DNA of 64,000 bases, taken from a virus. Location: the IMG/VR virus record IMGVR_UViG_3300009159_000035; one strand, given 5' to 3'. Shown here piece by piece: positions 9,633 to 18,748 of this stretch (its first letter is position 1; every line of letters begins with the position of its first letter). Below the pieces are notes generated by a model. That model saw only the letters and a program-made list of their open reading frames with translations. It had not been told where the DNA came from and made no database searches. The position numbers and the translations under genes are program-made.

Positions 9633-10205
9633 ATGAAACACATTAAATTATTTGAAGATTTTGATCTAGATAAATTTCTAGAAAATCCTGATAAAGAATT
9701 ATCAAATGATGATTCTCCTGAAATTAATATTGGCAGTTATGTTGACTCGTATAGAGGTAAGGGTCGAGTTGTTGATATGGACGATAGTTTTGCAACAGTT
9801 GAATTACATAATTCAAAAGGAAACCGGGTAAAGGTTCCACTATTTGCTCTAACTAAAATTTCAAGTAATACAATTGAAACAGCTAAAGTAGGAGATTCTA
9901 AAGCAGAACTTGCTGAGCTTGTTAAACAAGGTACCGAATATTTAGATTATCTTAAATCAGTTGAAGACTATTCAGATGATGAAGACTCTTTTAGTGGTCA
10001 GATTAATTTTGATACTCTATTAAGTTTTATTCAAGATACAGTAGTTGAGGTAATTTCAATTAAGAATAATGATACGGCATACGATTCATATAATGAATAT
10101 CATCATTTAATTAATATTGTTGCATCACTAGCTGATGTAATTCAAACAGTAAGACCTGATTTAACTGATGAAGTTGATGCAGCTCTTGAAAATTTTCCAA
10201 GCTAA
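9633..10205 (+). CDS. Hypothetical protein with CTS-like leader
   Basis: MKHIKLFEDF; acidic, with a KOW-like segment. Confidence 0.75.
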   Translation: MKHIKLFEDFDLDKFLENPDKELSNDDSPEINIGSYVDSYRGKGRVVDMDDSFATVELHNSKGNRVKVPLFALTKISSNTIETAKVGDSKAELAELVKQGTEYLDYLKSVEDYSDDEDSFSGQINFDTLLSFIQDTVVEVISIKNNDTAYDSYNEYHHLINIVASLADVIQTVRPDLTDEVDAALENFPS

Positions 10206-10206
10206 T

Positions 10207-10821
10207 ATGAAAGCCTTAAGTTTTAATCAATTCATAAATGAAAATCAAGATAACGATGATTTAAAACAGTTAGCTGATCTTGGACTGTATACTCCAATTG
10301 CTGAAATTGTATATCAAACATTAATAGAAAAAACAGACTTAGCCGATTTTATGACACTAGAAGGGGATTCTATTCTGTTTAGATATGATTGGATTATGGA
10401 GCCAGCAGACTCATTAGCAGTAATGGGTTTTGATGAAGCAGAAAGTCGCGACATCATTCGTAAATTAGGTATGGGCCCAAACGACTTTTTTGGACTAATT
10501 GATATAGTTTTAGATTTTAATAAAATGACAATTAGTGTTCACTCTGATATTAATCAAAGACCTCTTAATTTTGAAGATGAGTATTCGCATGAAGGCCCAA
10601 TGTCTAACTATGTAACCGTATTAGATGACTATTATGGAAAAGCGTCAACTGGCCGCCCAGCCGGTCCAAAAGAGATAGCAGATGAACTCGTAAGGATGTT
10701 TTTGGTATGGAGTTATCAAGAAGACCCATTTGGAATTTGGATAAATATTAATACAATTATTGAAAAAGAGATTAAGAATAGGCTTGAAAGAGCAAATCAT
10801 GAATCTAGTGAAGATTCTTAG
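10207..10821 (+). CDS. Hypothetical acidic protein with CTS-like leader
   Basis: ATG at 10207 gives MKALSFNQFINE directly after the upstream stop. Confidence 0.75.
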   Translation: MKALSFNQFINENQDNDDLKQLADLGLYTPIAEIVYQTLIEKTDLADFMTLEGDSILFRYDWIMEPADSLAVMGFDEAESRDIIRKLGMGPNDFFGLIDIVLDFNKMTISVHSDINQRPLNFEDEYSHEGPMSNYVTVLDDYYGKASTGRPAGPKEIADELVRMFLVWSYQEDPFGIWININTIIEKEIKNRLERANHESSEDS

Positions 10822-10858
10822 TATTTAAGGTTTCACCCCAAAGTGGTGACCTTTGCCT

Positions 10859-10868
10859 GATAAATAAT
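10859..10868 (+). promoter_or_regulatory. Late promoter-like GATAAATAAT
   Basis: Recurrent motif before the start codon. Confidence 0.6.
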
Positions 10869-10884
10869 AAAAAAATCAAGAATA

Positions 10885-11484
10885 ATGGCAGACATCGCAC
10901 AACAATTTGCTGGATTACCTATTGAAGATCTTATTGTATCTCCAATCATTGGTATGGCAAAAGGACAAGCAAAATTAAACGACGTAACCTGGAAATATAT
11001 TTCAGAAGTTGCATTCGTAACGGACAAAGACGGCAAAACTTCAGCTCGCTCTTTAGACGTTGAAATGAACCGAGTAGTAACAGACGGTACTACTGGCGAA
11101 CAAACAGTTCAAACACTTTATTCAAAAGTTCCAATGTTACCATTGGTTCCACTTCCTTCATTGGCTATTACCTCAGCTGATATTGAATTTACAATGGAAG
11201 TTAAAACGTCTGAAGTAGACAAATCAAGTACTGATACTGAAGCATCTATTTCGGCTTCAGCTTCTGGCGGATTTTGGGGTATGAAATATTCAGTTAGCAT
11301 GGCAGGTAAAGTGTCAACTCATAAAGAGAACACACGTAGCACTGATAATTCAGCAAAATACAATGTAAAAGTACATGCTGAACAATTACCAGCAACTGAA
11401 GGTATGTTGAAATTATCTGATTACCTAACTCAAATGTTAGAGCCATCATTAATTCCACTTACTGCTGATCCACAGTCTAAGTAA
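10885..11484 (+). CDS. DUF2589-family protein
   Basis: F.GLPIEDLI.SP...AQ..L, VPMLPLVPLPSLAI, FTMEV, RSTDNSAKYNVKVHA, EGM. Confidence 0.8.
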   Translation: MADIAQQFAGLPIEDLIVSPIIGMAKGQAKLNDVTWKYISEVAFVTDKDGKTSARSLDVEMNRVVTDGTTGEQTVQTLYSKVPMLPLVPLPSLAITSADIEFTMEVKTSEVDKSSTDTEASISASASGGFWGMKYSVSMAGKVSTHKENTRSTDNSAKYNVKVHAEQLPATEGMLKLSDYLTQMLEPSLIPLTADPQSK

Positions 11485-11505
11485 TTAGAATAAGTAGATT
11501 TAACC

Positions 11506-11538
11506 AAAGAGGCTAGCTAAACACTAGCCTCTTTTTTT
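11506..11538 (+). terminator. Rho-independent terminator
   Basis: AAAGAGGCTAG-loop-CTAGCCTCTTT followed by a T tract. Confidence 0.85.
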
Positions 11539-11540
11539 AT

Positions 11541-11567
11541 AAACTAATTATTTTAAGTTAGTATAAT
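11541..11567 (+). promoter_or_regulatory. Putative AAAC-N17-TATAAT promoter
   Basis: Directly after the terminator and before the second DUF2589 gene. Confidence 0.55.
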
Positions 11568-11593
11568 AGAAAAGGAGTTTAACCCAAATAAGT

Positions 11594-12076
11594 ATGGCAA
11601 GATTAAATATTGAAGAGCTAGTTGGAGGTTTATTAGAAGCCGCAATGGTAGCTCAAGGAATAAGCGAAAGGCAACATATTAATGCCCTTGCAAACTATTT
11701 TAATGAAGACGGTACACCTAAAGTTAAAACTTTTAAAATTGGGGAACGTGAATTGATTGTGCCTTTGTATATTATGGCAGACCATTCATCAATTGGACTT
11801 GACGAGTTGGATATTGAATTTGAAGCCAGATTAATATTTGGAAATAGTGATAAAGAAGTGTCTGATCTTAAACGATCCCTACTTGGACTATTTAGGAAAA
11901 AGGGTTATGAGCATAATATTAACGGCATTGAAGTAGATTCAGGTAAAAATACAGATGGTTCCGGAATGTCAAAAATTCGGGTTAAATTCAAATCAGATAC
12001 TAAACCTGAAATGATTGCTAGACTAGTTGATGCCTATATTCAAAAACTTGAGGATTCCTCAAATCAAACCCCATAA
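11594..12076 (+). CDS. DUF2589-family partner protein
   Basis: AAMVAQ...QH...YF..DGTP, VPLY..ADHSSI.LDEL.IEF, PE.IAR. Confidence 0.7.
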   Translation: MARLNIEELVGGLLEAAMVAQGISERQHINALANYFNEDGTPKVKTFKIGERELIVPLYIMADHSSIGLDELDIEFEARLIFGNSDKEVSDLKRSLLGLFRKKGYEHNINGIEVDSGKNTDGSGMSKIRVKFKSDTKPEMIARLVDAYIQKLEDSSNQTP

Positions 12077-12078
12077 GT

Positions 12079-12282
12079 ATGGCTTTACCTTGTCCAGCAT
12101 GTAGAACTCCACTTGGCATTGATTTGGCTTTTATAATGAAGCACCCAGTCTCAGTTTGTCCAAACTGTCAAGTAATTTTAGACTTTTCAGTAAATGATGA
12201 AATCAAGAAGAAATTTAGTGCAGCCATGTCTGAGATTGATGATATTAAAAAGAAATACAAGAGTATTGCAAAATTCGGATAA
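12079..12282 (+). CDS. Small Zn-ribbon protein
   Basis: CPAC...CPNC. Confidence 0.7.
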   Translation: MALPCPACRTPLGIDLAFIMKHPVSVCPNCQVILDFSVNDEIKKKFSAAMSEIDDIKKKYKSIAKFG

Positions 12283-12297
12283 ATTAACAAATAAATT

Positions 12298-12474
12298 ATG
12301 ACTACTAAAGTAACAGTTACAATTGAAAAAATCCGTGAATTAGTAGCGGAGTTCCCAAATGATATGCAATTAGGAGAAGCTGTCCGTAAGCTAATTGTTC
12401 ATGGAATTGATTCAATTGTATCAACTAAGTCAACAATAGTTACTAAAACTTTTGACCATAGTAAAAGTAATTAG
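12298..12474 (+). CDS. Small hypothetical protein (58 aa, not in the ORF track)
   Basis: MTTKVTVTIEKIRELVAEFPNDMQLGEAVRK...; fills the intergenic gap. Confidence 0.65.
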   Translation: MTTKVTVTIEKIRELVAEFPNDMQLGEAVRKLIVHGIDSIVSTKSTIVTKTFDHSKSN

Positions 12475-12518
12475 GTTTAGTATAGAGTTGATAAATAACC
12501 TAAAATTATCAAGCTATT

Positions 12519-13496
12519 TTGAATATTCTTAAGTTTAATGACTTTTTGCTGCTTGAGGCCAGTTTATCCAAACATGCAGATAAACGAATAACCGAACGTA
12601 TTAAAGAAAGTCTAAAGGATGGAACTTCCATTGACTTTCCAATTGAAGCACGCAGGAAAATTGCACTAACTGGCAGATCTCTTGCAGATGTGTCAAATGA
12701 GGCAACTCTGCTAATCAAAGACGAGTTTATGCGTCGTCTTACTAATAGAATAGAGCGCCCAGATTTTCCAGACGGTAACCGAATTGTTGTATTATTAGAT
12801 CCACAATTAAAATACGGTCGTGATACTTTTCCAATATCAGTATCAGTTACCTCAGAAACAGAAATAATCAATAAGAAAACTGGTAAAAAGGAAATAATTA
12901 AACGCACATATACTGGAGAAAGATTGTGTATCTATATTGCAGATAATGTAATGACCACAGTTAAAGTGTTACCTGCAAATTATACGGATATTGAAATTGA
13001 AAAGGATTCACGAAATCATTTTGATAATAAAAATATTGAAGCGGGTAATATTACAGTATTATCAGGCGACGCTGAATATATTATTGAATTGGATAAAACT
13101 GGAGAAATTAAGCATCGCACAGGTCAAGTATATTCAGGTCATGGTATTGTTACTGAAAAAGAATTTGCATTAACAACCGGTCGTAATATTAAAGTAAGCC
13201 TAGCATTTAGAAAAGATGAAAATTTAACAGAAGTTGAAGTACGTTCAATACTTAACCGGGAATCTGCTAGAACTGATAAATTTATTAAAATTGAAGTAGT
13301 AATATTTGACATAGTAATATTACCAGATGGAAAAAAAGAGATTAAAAGTACAAAAGTTCCAAAAACCCTAAGGGCTGGTGACCTAATTTCACTACCAATT
13401 GGCCCAGGTGGTAATTGGCAAAACTGTCAAGTGGCAGATAGTCTTTTTGTAGACTATGCAAATCGCGGAGGAGCATTTTCACTTAAATATAAATAA
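12519..13496 (+). CDS. Hypothetical late protein with CTS-like leader
   Basis: Late motif at 12490; MNILKFNDFLLLE; SKHA..R..ER motif. Confidence 0.75.
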   Translation: MNILKFNDFLLLEASLSKHADKRITERIKESLKDGTSIDFPIEARRKIALTGRSLADVSNEATLLIKDEFMRRLTNRIERPDFPDGNRIVVLLDPQLKYGRDTFPISVSVTSETEIINKKTGKKEIIKRTYTGERLCIYIADNVMTTVKVLPANYTDIEIEKDSRNHFDNKNIEAGNITVLSGDAEYIIELDKTGEIKHRTGQVYSGHGIVTEKEFALTTGRNIKVSLAFRKDENLTEVEVRSILNRESARTDKFIKIEVVIFDIVILPDGKKEIKSTKVPKTLRAGDLISLPIGPGGNWQNCQVADSLFVDYANRGGAFSLKYK

Positions 13497-13539
13497 CTGG
13501 TCGCTGCCCAAATAAATAACTAAAAAATATACGCAAGTA

Positions 13540-15102
13540 ATGAGTAAAATTATTAAATCATATCCAGAGTTTTTAGCTGAAAACTTAAACCAAAATGAAG
13601 GATTTAGGGATATTGCAAAAAAGGCAGTAGGCTCAATTAAAAAATTCTTTGGAAATGGCGCAAACTATTTAACCGCACTAGCTGCCCAAATTAGTGGAAA
13701 GCAGTCAAATGATGGTGCTGATGATACAATTCCATATGGTGTAACAATTTACCCAGCAGCATCTGATTTACAAGAAATTGGAGCAGATAATAATTACTCG
13801 CCGGAAGGGCTTGATGAAAATTTAATAGATGAAGAAGCTGTTCCATTAGAAGCTGGCGAAAGTATTGGTGGAGTTAGAAATGTTGACTATGATGGTTTAA
13901 TGAGAATTGTTAAACGAATTGCAAATAATCCAGATAAAGGAGAAGAAGCACCACTTATGATTTGGGGAGCTCCCGGTATTGGTAAAACTGCAATTGTTAA
14001 ACAGGTTCAAAAAATGCTAGGCGGTAGAATGATTGATGTTCAATTAACTACGTATGCACCAGAAGATTTCTTTTTACCAGTAGTTGATCCAGCAACTAAT
14101 GACAATATAATGAGTCGTAGAGCTTCAAGGGTTCCACAAAAATGGTTACCTGTATATAATGAAAGTGAAGGAGACGAAGGTAATACAAAAGCAAATGGCC
14201 CAGACGGAATGGGTGGAATGATATTTATGGATGAGTTATCCAGAGCATCTGAAGCAATTAGAAATATTGCCCTAAAATTTGTATTAGACAGAGAATTAGA
14301 CGGAGGTTGGAAATTAGGAAGCAAATGGACAATATTTGCAGCGTCTAACCGTCAAGAAGATGATTTAACAAATTCTCAAGATTTTGGTACCGCATTAGGT
14401 AATCGTTTTCAACAGGTAAATTACGTGCCAGATACTAAGACTTATGGAAAATATGCATCAGCTCAAACTGATTCAAGTGGAGTTGATACATTTGACCCAC
14501 TTATTATATCATTCTTACAATGGTCTAAAGGTAAAGAATTTTTTCATAAAATGGATGCAAGAGCGGTTGCCTTTCCTAGTCCAAGATCTTGGGAAAAAGC
14601 TGCAATTGCTTGGAAAAATTTGAAAAAAGAAGCAGAGGCAGAAGGTTATCAATTAAGTGATAAAATGATTGAAGATGAAGCTCTAGCTCCAAATGTTGGA
14701 ACTGAAGCAGCTACTGCATTTATTGCATACTATCTTTTATCTAAGAAAATTGACTTAAAGAATCTTTATAAAGTTTATACTGAGCCAGATAATGCACCAC
14801 TTCCATCAAAAACCAGAAATGATGATTATGAATTGGACGTTGCATACATCTTAGCTTCAGCAATTGCATATGAGCATAGAGGTAAAAAATTAGATAATAC
14901 TGAAATTGAAAATGTAGCTAAATATGCAATTCGAATTAATAATCCAACTGTTGCAATGCAAATAATGGGTGCACTAATTGAAATTCACCCATACTTAAAG
15001 ACTTCCGGTACTCCAGAATTTGAAGCTTATCGTATTGCAATGAGACCGTTTTTAGCAGCATATCCGGGTTCAGCAAAGGATATTCAAAATTTAGAAAACT
15101 AA
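13540..15102 (+). CDS. MoxR-like AAA+ ATPase with CTS-like leader
   Basis: WGAPGIGKT, IFMDELSRA, AASNR, ALGNRF, FPSPRSWE; late motif at 13511. Confidence 0.88.
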   Translation: MSKIIKSYPEFLAENLNQNEGFRDIAKKAVGSIKKFFGNGANYLTALAAQISGKQSNDGADDTIPYGVTIYPAASDLQEIGADNNYSPEGLDENLIDEEAVPLEAGESIGGVRNVDYDGLMRIVKRIANNPDKGEEAPLMIWGAPGIGKTAIVKQVQKMLGGRMIDVQLTTYAPEDFFLPVVDPATNDNIMSRRASRVPQKWLPVYNESEGDEGNTKANGPDGMGGMIFMDELSRASEAIRNIALKFVLDRELDGGWKLGSKWTIFAASNRQEDDLTNSQDFGTALGNRFQQVNYVPDTKTYGKYASAQTDSSGVDTFDPLIISFLQWSKGKEFFHKMDARAVAFPSPRSWEKAAIAWKNLKKEAEAEGYQLSDKMIEDEALAPNVGTEAATAFIAYYLLSKKIDLKNLYKVYTEPDNAPLPSKTRNDDYELDVAYILASAIAYEHRGKKLDNTEIENVAKYAIRINNPTVAMQIMGALIEIHPYLKTSGTPEFEAYRIAMRPFLAAYPGSAKDIQNLEN

Positions 15103-15103
15103 A

Positions 15104-15859
15104 ATGAAGAAATTATTGGATTGGAATGATTATCATAAGTATGCAGATTTTACAAAGTCTGACTTGATACTTGAGGCAGAAGAGTCTGATCCAGTGTTAA
15201 AGAAGGTAAAAATAAAAGTAGATTATGCAATTAGAAAAGTTGCAGTTAAATATAAATTTTTTGCCGATCTTACTTATAAGTTAAGAATTATCTACACTAG
15301 ACAGATTAAAACCGCAGCCGTTGATGGAACAAATATGTTTATTAATCCAGACTTTTTTGAACCGCTAACTGAAGATCAAATTGTATTTATTGTATGTCAT
15401 GAAGTTATGCACTGTGCACTATTTCATTTTGCACGTATTCAAGGTAGAGATGGATATCGCTGGAATATTGCTGGCGACTATGAAATAAACTGGTTATTAT
15501 CAGAAGATGGAATTCTATCATATGACGAGATTAAGAATACTTTACGCGGTATGATTGAAAAATCCTATGCTGGTAAAAATGCTGAACAGTTATACGAAGA
15601 TCCGGAAATGATAGTTCCACCAAAGGAAGAAGATCAAGAACAAGACACTACTGCTGGAGGTCAACAAGACGGAGATCCTCCTCCGGGTGGTGGAGGTAAA
15701 AAACCCAAAGAGGGCTTATTTCCTGGCAATATTATATACGACAAATCTAGCGGATCTTATGGTAAAGTTAATTCAATTGATAAAACAACTGGTGAAGTTG
15801 ATTTTTCACCATTAAGCAAACAAGAAGCTGAAATTGAATTGAAAAAACTTAAAGCTTAA
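15104..15859 (+). CDS. DUF2201-type N-terminal metallopeptidase-like protein
   Basis: TAAVDG...INPDF, HEVMH, WNIAGDYEIN. Confidence 0.82.
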   Translation: MKKLLDWNDYHKYADFTKSDLILEAEESDPVLKKVKIKVDYAIRKVAVKYKFFADLTYKLRIIYTRQIKTAAVDGTNMFINPDFFEPLTEDQIVFIVCHEVMHCALFHFARIQGRDGYRWNIAGDYEINWLLSEDGILSYDEIKNTLRGMIEKSYAGKNAEQLYEDPEMIVPPKEEDQEQDTTAGGQQDGDPPPGGGGKKPKEGLFPGNIIYDKSSGSYGKVNSIDKTTGEVDFSPLSKQEAEIELKKLKA

Positions 15860-15863
15860 TAAT

Positions 15864-17015
15864 ATGAAAACAAACTTATCTAATATAGTTAAATTAGTAA
15901 ATCCGAATGGTGCAAAAGGCGGAGGCAAAGGAGAAAGTGGAGAAGAATCAACTGATAATGGTATTGAAACTAAGACCTTAGAGAAACCTGAAGAATTAGG
16001 CGGTGGTACTGGAGAAGAAGAAGAAGAAGGTAAAGAAGAAGAAGGTAAAGAAGAAGAAGAAAAAGAAGGTTCTGGAAAAGGTAAAGGTAAACCTGGAAAA
16101 GAAAAAGGCAAAGGCTCAGGTGAAGGCGAATCTGAAGGAGATGGGCCAATGGTAGATGCAGATGATATTAATAATATTGAATCAAATAAAAATGTTGTTG
16201 TTCGAAATGATGTCCGTGCAGGAAAAGGCCAAGGTAAAGTAGTTGGACGAGGCACAGGCGAAGTTATTTCACCAGCTGAAGGTAATCGTATTGCTAAATC
16301 AGAAGGATATGATGAGCGTAGCCCACGTACAGAAGAGGAATGGAAGAAGGATGCAAGAACATCGGCTCAAACAAATCTTTCTAAACGAACCAAAAACATT
16401 GGTAGCGGAGCAGGAGCAATATATCAAAGGATTATGGAGCTTACTGATCCAATTGTAGATTGGCGAGCTGAATTACGTAGATTTATAGGTAAACTTGCAA
16501 GTTCATCAGATTTTAAATTTCCAGCACGAAGATCAATTGGGTCAGGTGATTATCGCTATGGTATTAAATCCAAAAATAATGCTCTGGAAAATGGAATAAT
16601 TGCAATTGACGTAAGTGGATCAATTGCATCGGCTTTTCCAGAACTATTAGCTGAGGTTGTTGGAATTGCAAGCGCAAAGAAAATAAAGGAAATATCAGTT
16701 TTACCATGGAATGATAGAGTAGTTACTCCAGTAATATTTAAAAATTTTAAAAAACCAACCCCAGTTGATTTTGAAAAGGTTTCAACTGGTGGAGGTTCAA
16801 ATGGAATGCCGGATGTTATGCGCTGGATTCAGAATAATGTAAAAGATCGCCCAGACTTTGTAGTTATTATAACGGATGGATTTATTCCAACTCTACCTAC
16901 TGCTCCTAAATGGGGTAGGAAAACCATTTGGCTAATATTTGATAATAACTCATTTGATGTACCTGCCGGTTGGGGTCAAGTTATTCATGCAAAAGGCGAT
17001 GAACGCTATAAATAA
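15864..17015 (+). CDS. VWA-like (DUF2201 C-terminal) protein with G/E/K-rich N-terminus
   Basis: VDWRAELRRF, MIDAS-like IDVSGSI, GGG, IITDG, IWLI. Confidence 0.82.
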   Translation: MKTNLSNIVKLVNPNGAKGGGKGESGEESTDNGIETKTLEKPEELGGGTGEEEEEGKEEEGKEEEEKEGSGKGKGKPGKEKGKGSGEGESEGDGPMVDADDINNIESNKNVVVRNDVRAGKGQGKVVGRGTGEVISPAEGNRIAKSEGYDERSPRTEEEWKKDARTSAQTNLSKRTKNIGSGAGAIYQRIMELTDPIVDWRAELRRFIGKLASSSDFKFPARRSIGSGDYRYGIKSKNNALENGIIAIDVSGSIASAFPELLAEVVGIASAKKIKEISVLPWNDRVVTPVIFKNFKKPTPVDFEKVSTGGGSNGMPDVMRWIQNNVKDRPDFVVIITDGFIPTLPTAPKWGRKTIWLIFDNNSFDVPAGWGQVIHAKGDERYK

Positions 17016-17045
17016 AAACTTTTTAACTAATTAGAGTTAAATAAT

Positions 17046-17128
17046 ACTGGAAACATAGAGCCTCGCTCTGTTTGTCTCGGGTTTACGAGCCCTTGAGTAA
17101 TCAATAGAAGGTTACAATGAGATAAGCA
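17046..17128 (+). ncRNA. Structured 5' leader: long-range pairing arm plus three-way junction
   Basis: TGTTTGTCTC (17069-78) pairs with GAGATAAGCA (17119-28) and encloses the GGGTT-TACG-AGCCC and GTAATC-AATAGAA-GGTTAC hairpins. Confidence 0.55.
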
Positions 17129-17146
17129 TAAAATAACACAACTCTT

Positions 17147-17893
17147 ATGTACCAACAAAACATCACAACTAGTGGGTCTACTGCAGTTTACACAAGCTTC
17201 AGTAATCCACAACCATCTGCAACAATCACAAAAGGCAGAGGAAGACTAAAAACCTACGGGTCAAATGTCTATTTAAAAGACGGTTCAAATTTCGAAATTG
17301 AACTCTACAATCCAAAAACAACATCAGTATTAGCAAAAATCTGGGTCAATGGTCAAGTACTATCGGCTGCCGGTATTGTGATAAGACCTGGGCAAAGGGT
17401 CTATCTGGAAAGATTCATTGATGTTGCTAAAAAATTCAAGTTTACAACATATGAGGTTGATGACTCTAGCCAAACCAAATTAGCAATTGCAAATAATGGT
17501 AAGGTTGAAGTTCTGTTCTATGATGAATCTATTTCATATCAACCTCCGGTAATGCTTTATGGTAATACAATTACAACCAATTACTATAATCAACCTAGCA
17601 CGTTAACTGTTGGCGGAAGCGCTGGCGTCTTTACCTGCAGCTCAAGCATTTCAGCTAACTCAGTTGAGACGGGTATTGTTGAAAAAGGCGGAAGTTCTAA
17701 ACAGCAATTTTCTAATACCTATGGTAATTTTAACTCATGGACTTGTGCAACCAGTACCTGGCAAATTTTACCAGAAAGTAAAAAACCCGTTGAAATGGGA
17801 GAAATTCGCTCCTATTGCACAGGCTGTGGAACCCGCCATAAAAAAGCAACTTGGAAATTCTGCCCTAATTGTGGAATTCCAGTAACTGAATAA
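17147..17893 (+). CDS. Hypothetical protein with beta-rich N-domain and C-terminal double Zn ribbon
   Basis: FEIELYNP...IRPGQRVYLERF...NGKVEV; CTGCG...CPNCG. Confidence 0.8.
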   Translation: MYQQNITTSGSTAVYTSFSNPQPSATITKGRGRLKTYGSNVYLKDGSNFEIELYNPKTTSVLAKIWVNGQVLSAAGIVIRPGQRVYLERFIDVAKKFKFTTYEVDDSSQTKLAIANNGKVEVLFYDESISYQPPVMLYGNTITTNYYNQPSTLTVGGSAGVFTCSSSISANSVETGIVEKGGSSKQQFSNTYGNFNSWTCATSTWQILPESKKPVEMGEIRSYCTGCGTRHKKATWKFCPNCGIPVTE

Positions 17894-17962
17894 CAATTAG
17901 TCCTAAGCGAGGCTCTATTTGTTCCAGTTTGCAAGATAAATAAACTTAAATTATTTAATAAA

Positions 17963-18247
17963 ATGGAAACAAGTCATAGTAAAATTTTAAGCTTTGAAGA
18001 ATTTACTCAATCAAATACTAATCAAGAAATGGAAATGCCTATGGGTATGGGCAATGGATCACAAGATTCACAAGAAATGACTGCTGAATTACCGCTAGGT
18101 AACAATAATGAACCAGTACCAGCTAAATCTCCTGAAAATGGAGAAACTGATCATGCTCTTTCTATGAATATGATGACTGATACTGAGCCTAAGATTGAAG
18201 TTGAGCCAAGTGAAAAAGAAGCTGGCGCAGAAGACTCTACTCTTTAA
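17963..18247 (+). CDS. Acidic low-complexity protein with CTS-like leader
   Basis: KILSFEEF; late motif at 17935. Confidence 0.7.
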   Translation: METSHSKILSFEEFTQSNTNQEMEMPMGMGNGSQDSQEMTAELPLGNNNEPVPAKSPENGETDHALSMNMMTDTEPKIEVEPSEKEAGAEDSTL

Positions 18248-18271
18248 TTAAAAAAAGCAAGTTCACAAATA

Positions 18272-18667
18272 ATGAGTACTTCCAGAAATAGAGGCACGCA
18301 AGAGGTTGATTCAATGATGAATGATATTCTTGATGCCCTAGACATTATTAAAGCCAAGTTGCCAAATGGTGAACTTAAAGTAATACAAGAAAGGATCGAA
18401 AATATCGAATCGTCTCAGGGCGATATGAAAGAAGATCTACGTAATATCCGAAAGCAATTACTTGATCCAGAAGATGGAATTATTGTTCGAGTAAATAAAA
18501 ACACAGAATTTCGTAAACGAAAAGAAGAAGATGCTCGAGAGTTTGCTAAAATATTAGACGAACATAAAGAGCTTATGTCATGGAAGGGCACAGTAACCAA
18601 ATTACTTTGGATTATTGTTACCGCAGTTGTTGGGATAGCCGTTGGTTTAATATTTAGATTAGGATAA
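18272..18667 (+). CDS. Coiled-coil protein with C-terminal TM helix (possible holin-like)
   Basis: Heptad-rich region followed by LLWIIVTAVVGIAVGLIF. Confidence 0.6.
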   Translation: MSTSRNRGTQEVDSMMNDILDALDIIKAKLPNGELKVIQERIENIESSQGDMKEDLRNIRKQLLDPEDGIIVRVNKNTEFRKRKEEDAREFAKILDEHKELMSWKGTVTKLLWIIVTAVVGIAVGLIFRLG

Positions 18668-18688
18668 CGGTTCTTTATTTTTTTTTTG

Positions 18689-18717
18689 AAAAGTCCCAAT
18701 TTGTTGGGACTTTTTTT
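18689..18717 (+). terminator. Rho-independent terminator
   Basis: AAAAGTCCCAA-TTTG-TTGGGACTTTT + T tract. Confidence 0.85.
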
Positions 18718-18748
18718 GTTTTATGTAGTATAATAATACAAATCAAAC

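Larger units (their letters stand above)
17046..17928. repeat. Long-range inverted repeat enclosing ORF 17147-17893
   Basis: ACTGGAAACATAGAGCCTCGCT (17046-67) vs AGCGAGGCTCTATTTGTTCCAGT (17906-28): perfect 13 bp and 7 bp blocks. Confidence 0.85.

Noticed and set aside
15812-16255. Minus-strand 147-aa Ser/Pro-rich ORF
   Set aside because: Shadow of the G/E/K-rich plus-strand gene.
17046-17146. Retron msr-msd, hammerhead ribozyme or a known riboswitch
   Set aside because: No reverse transcriptase in the window and no catalytic or aptamer consensus that I recognise.
17046-17928. IS/MITE or invertible segment
   Set aside because: The enclosed protein has no transposase or recombinase motif, no target-site duplication is evident, and the imperfect pairing fits RNA better.
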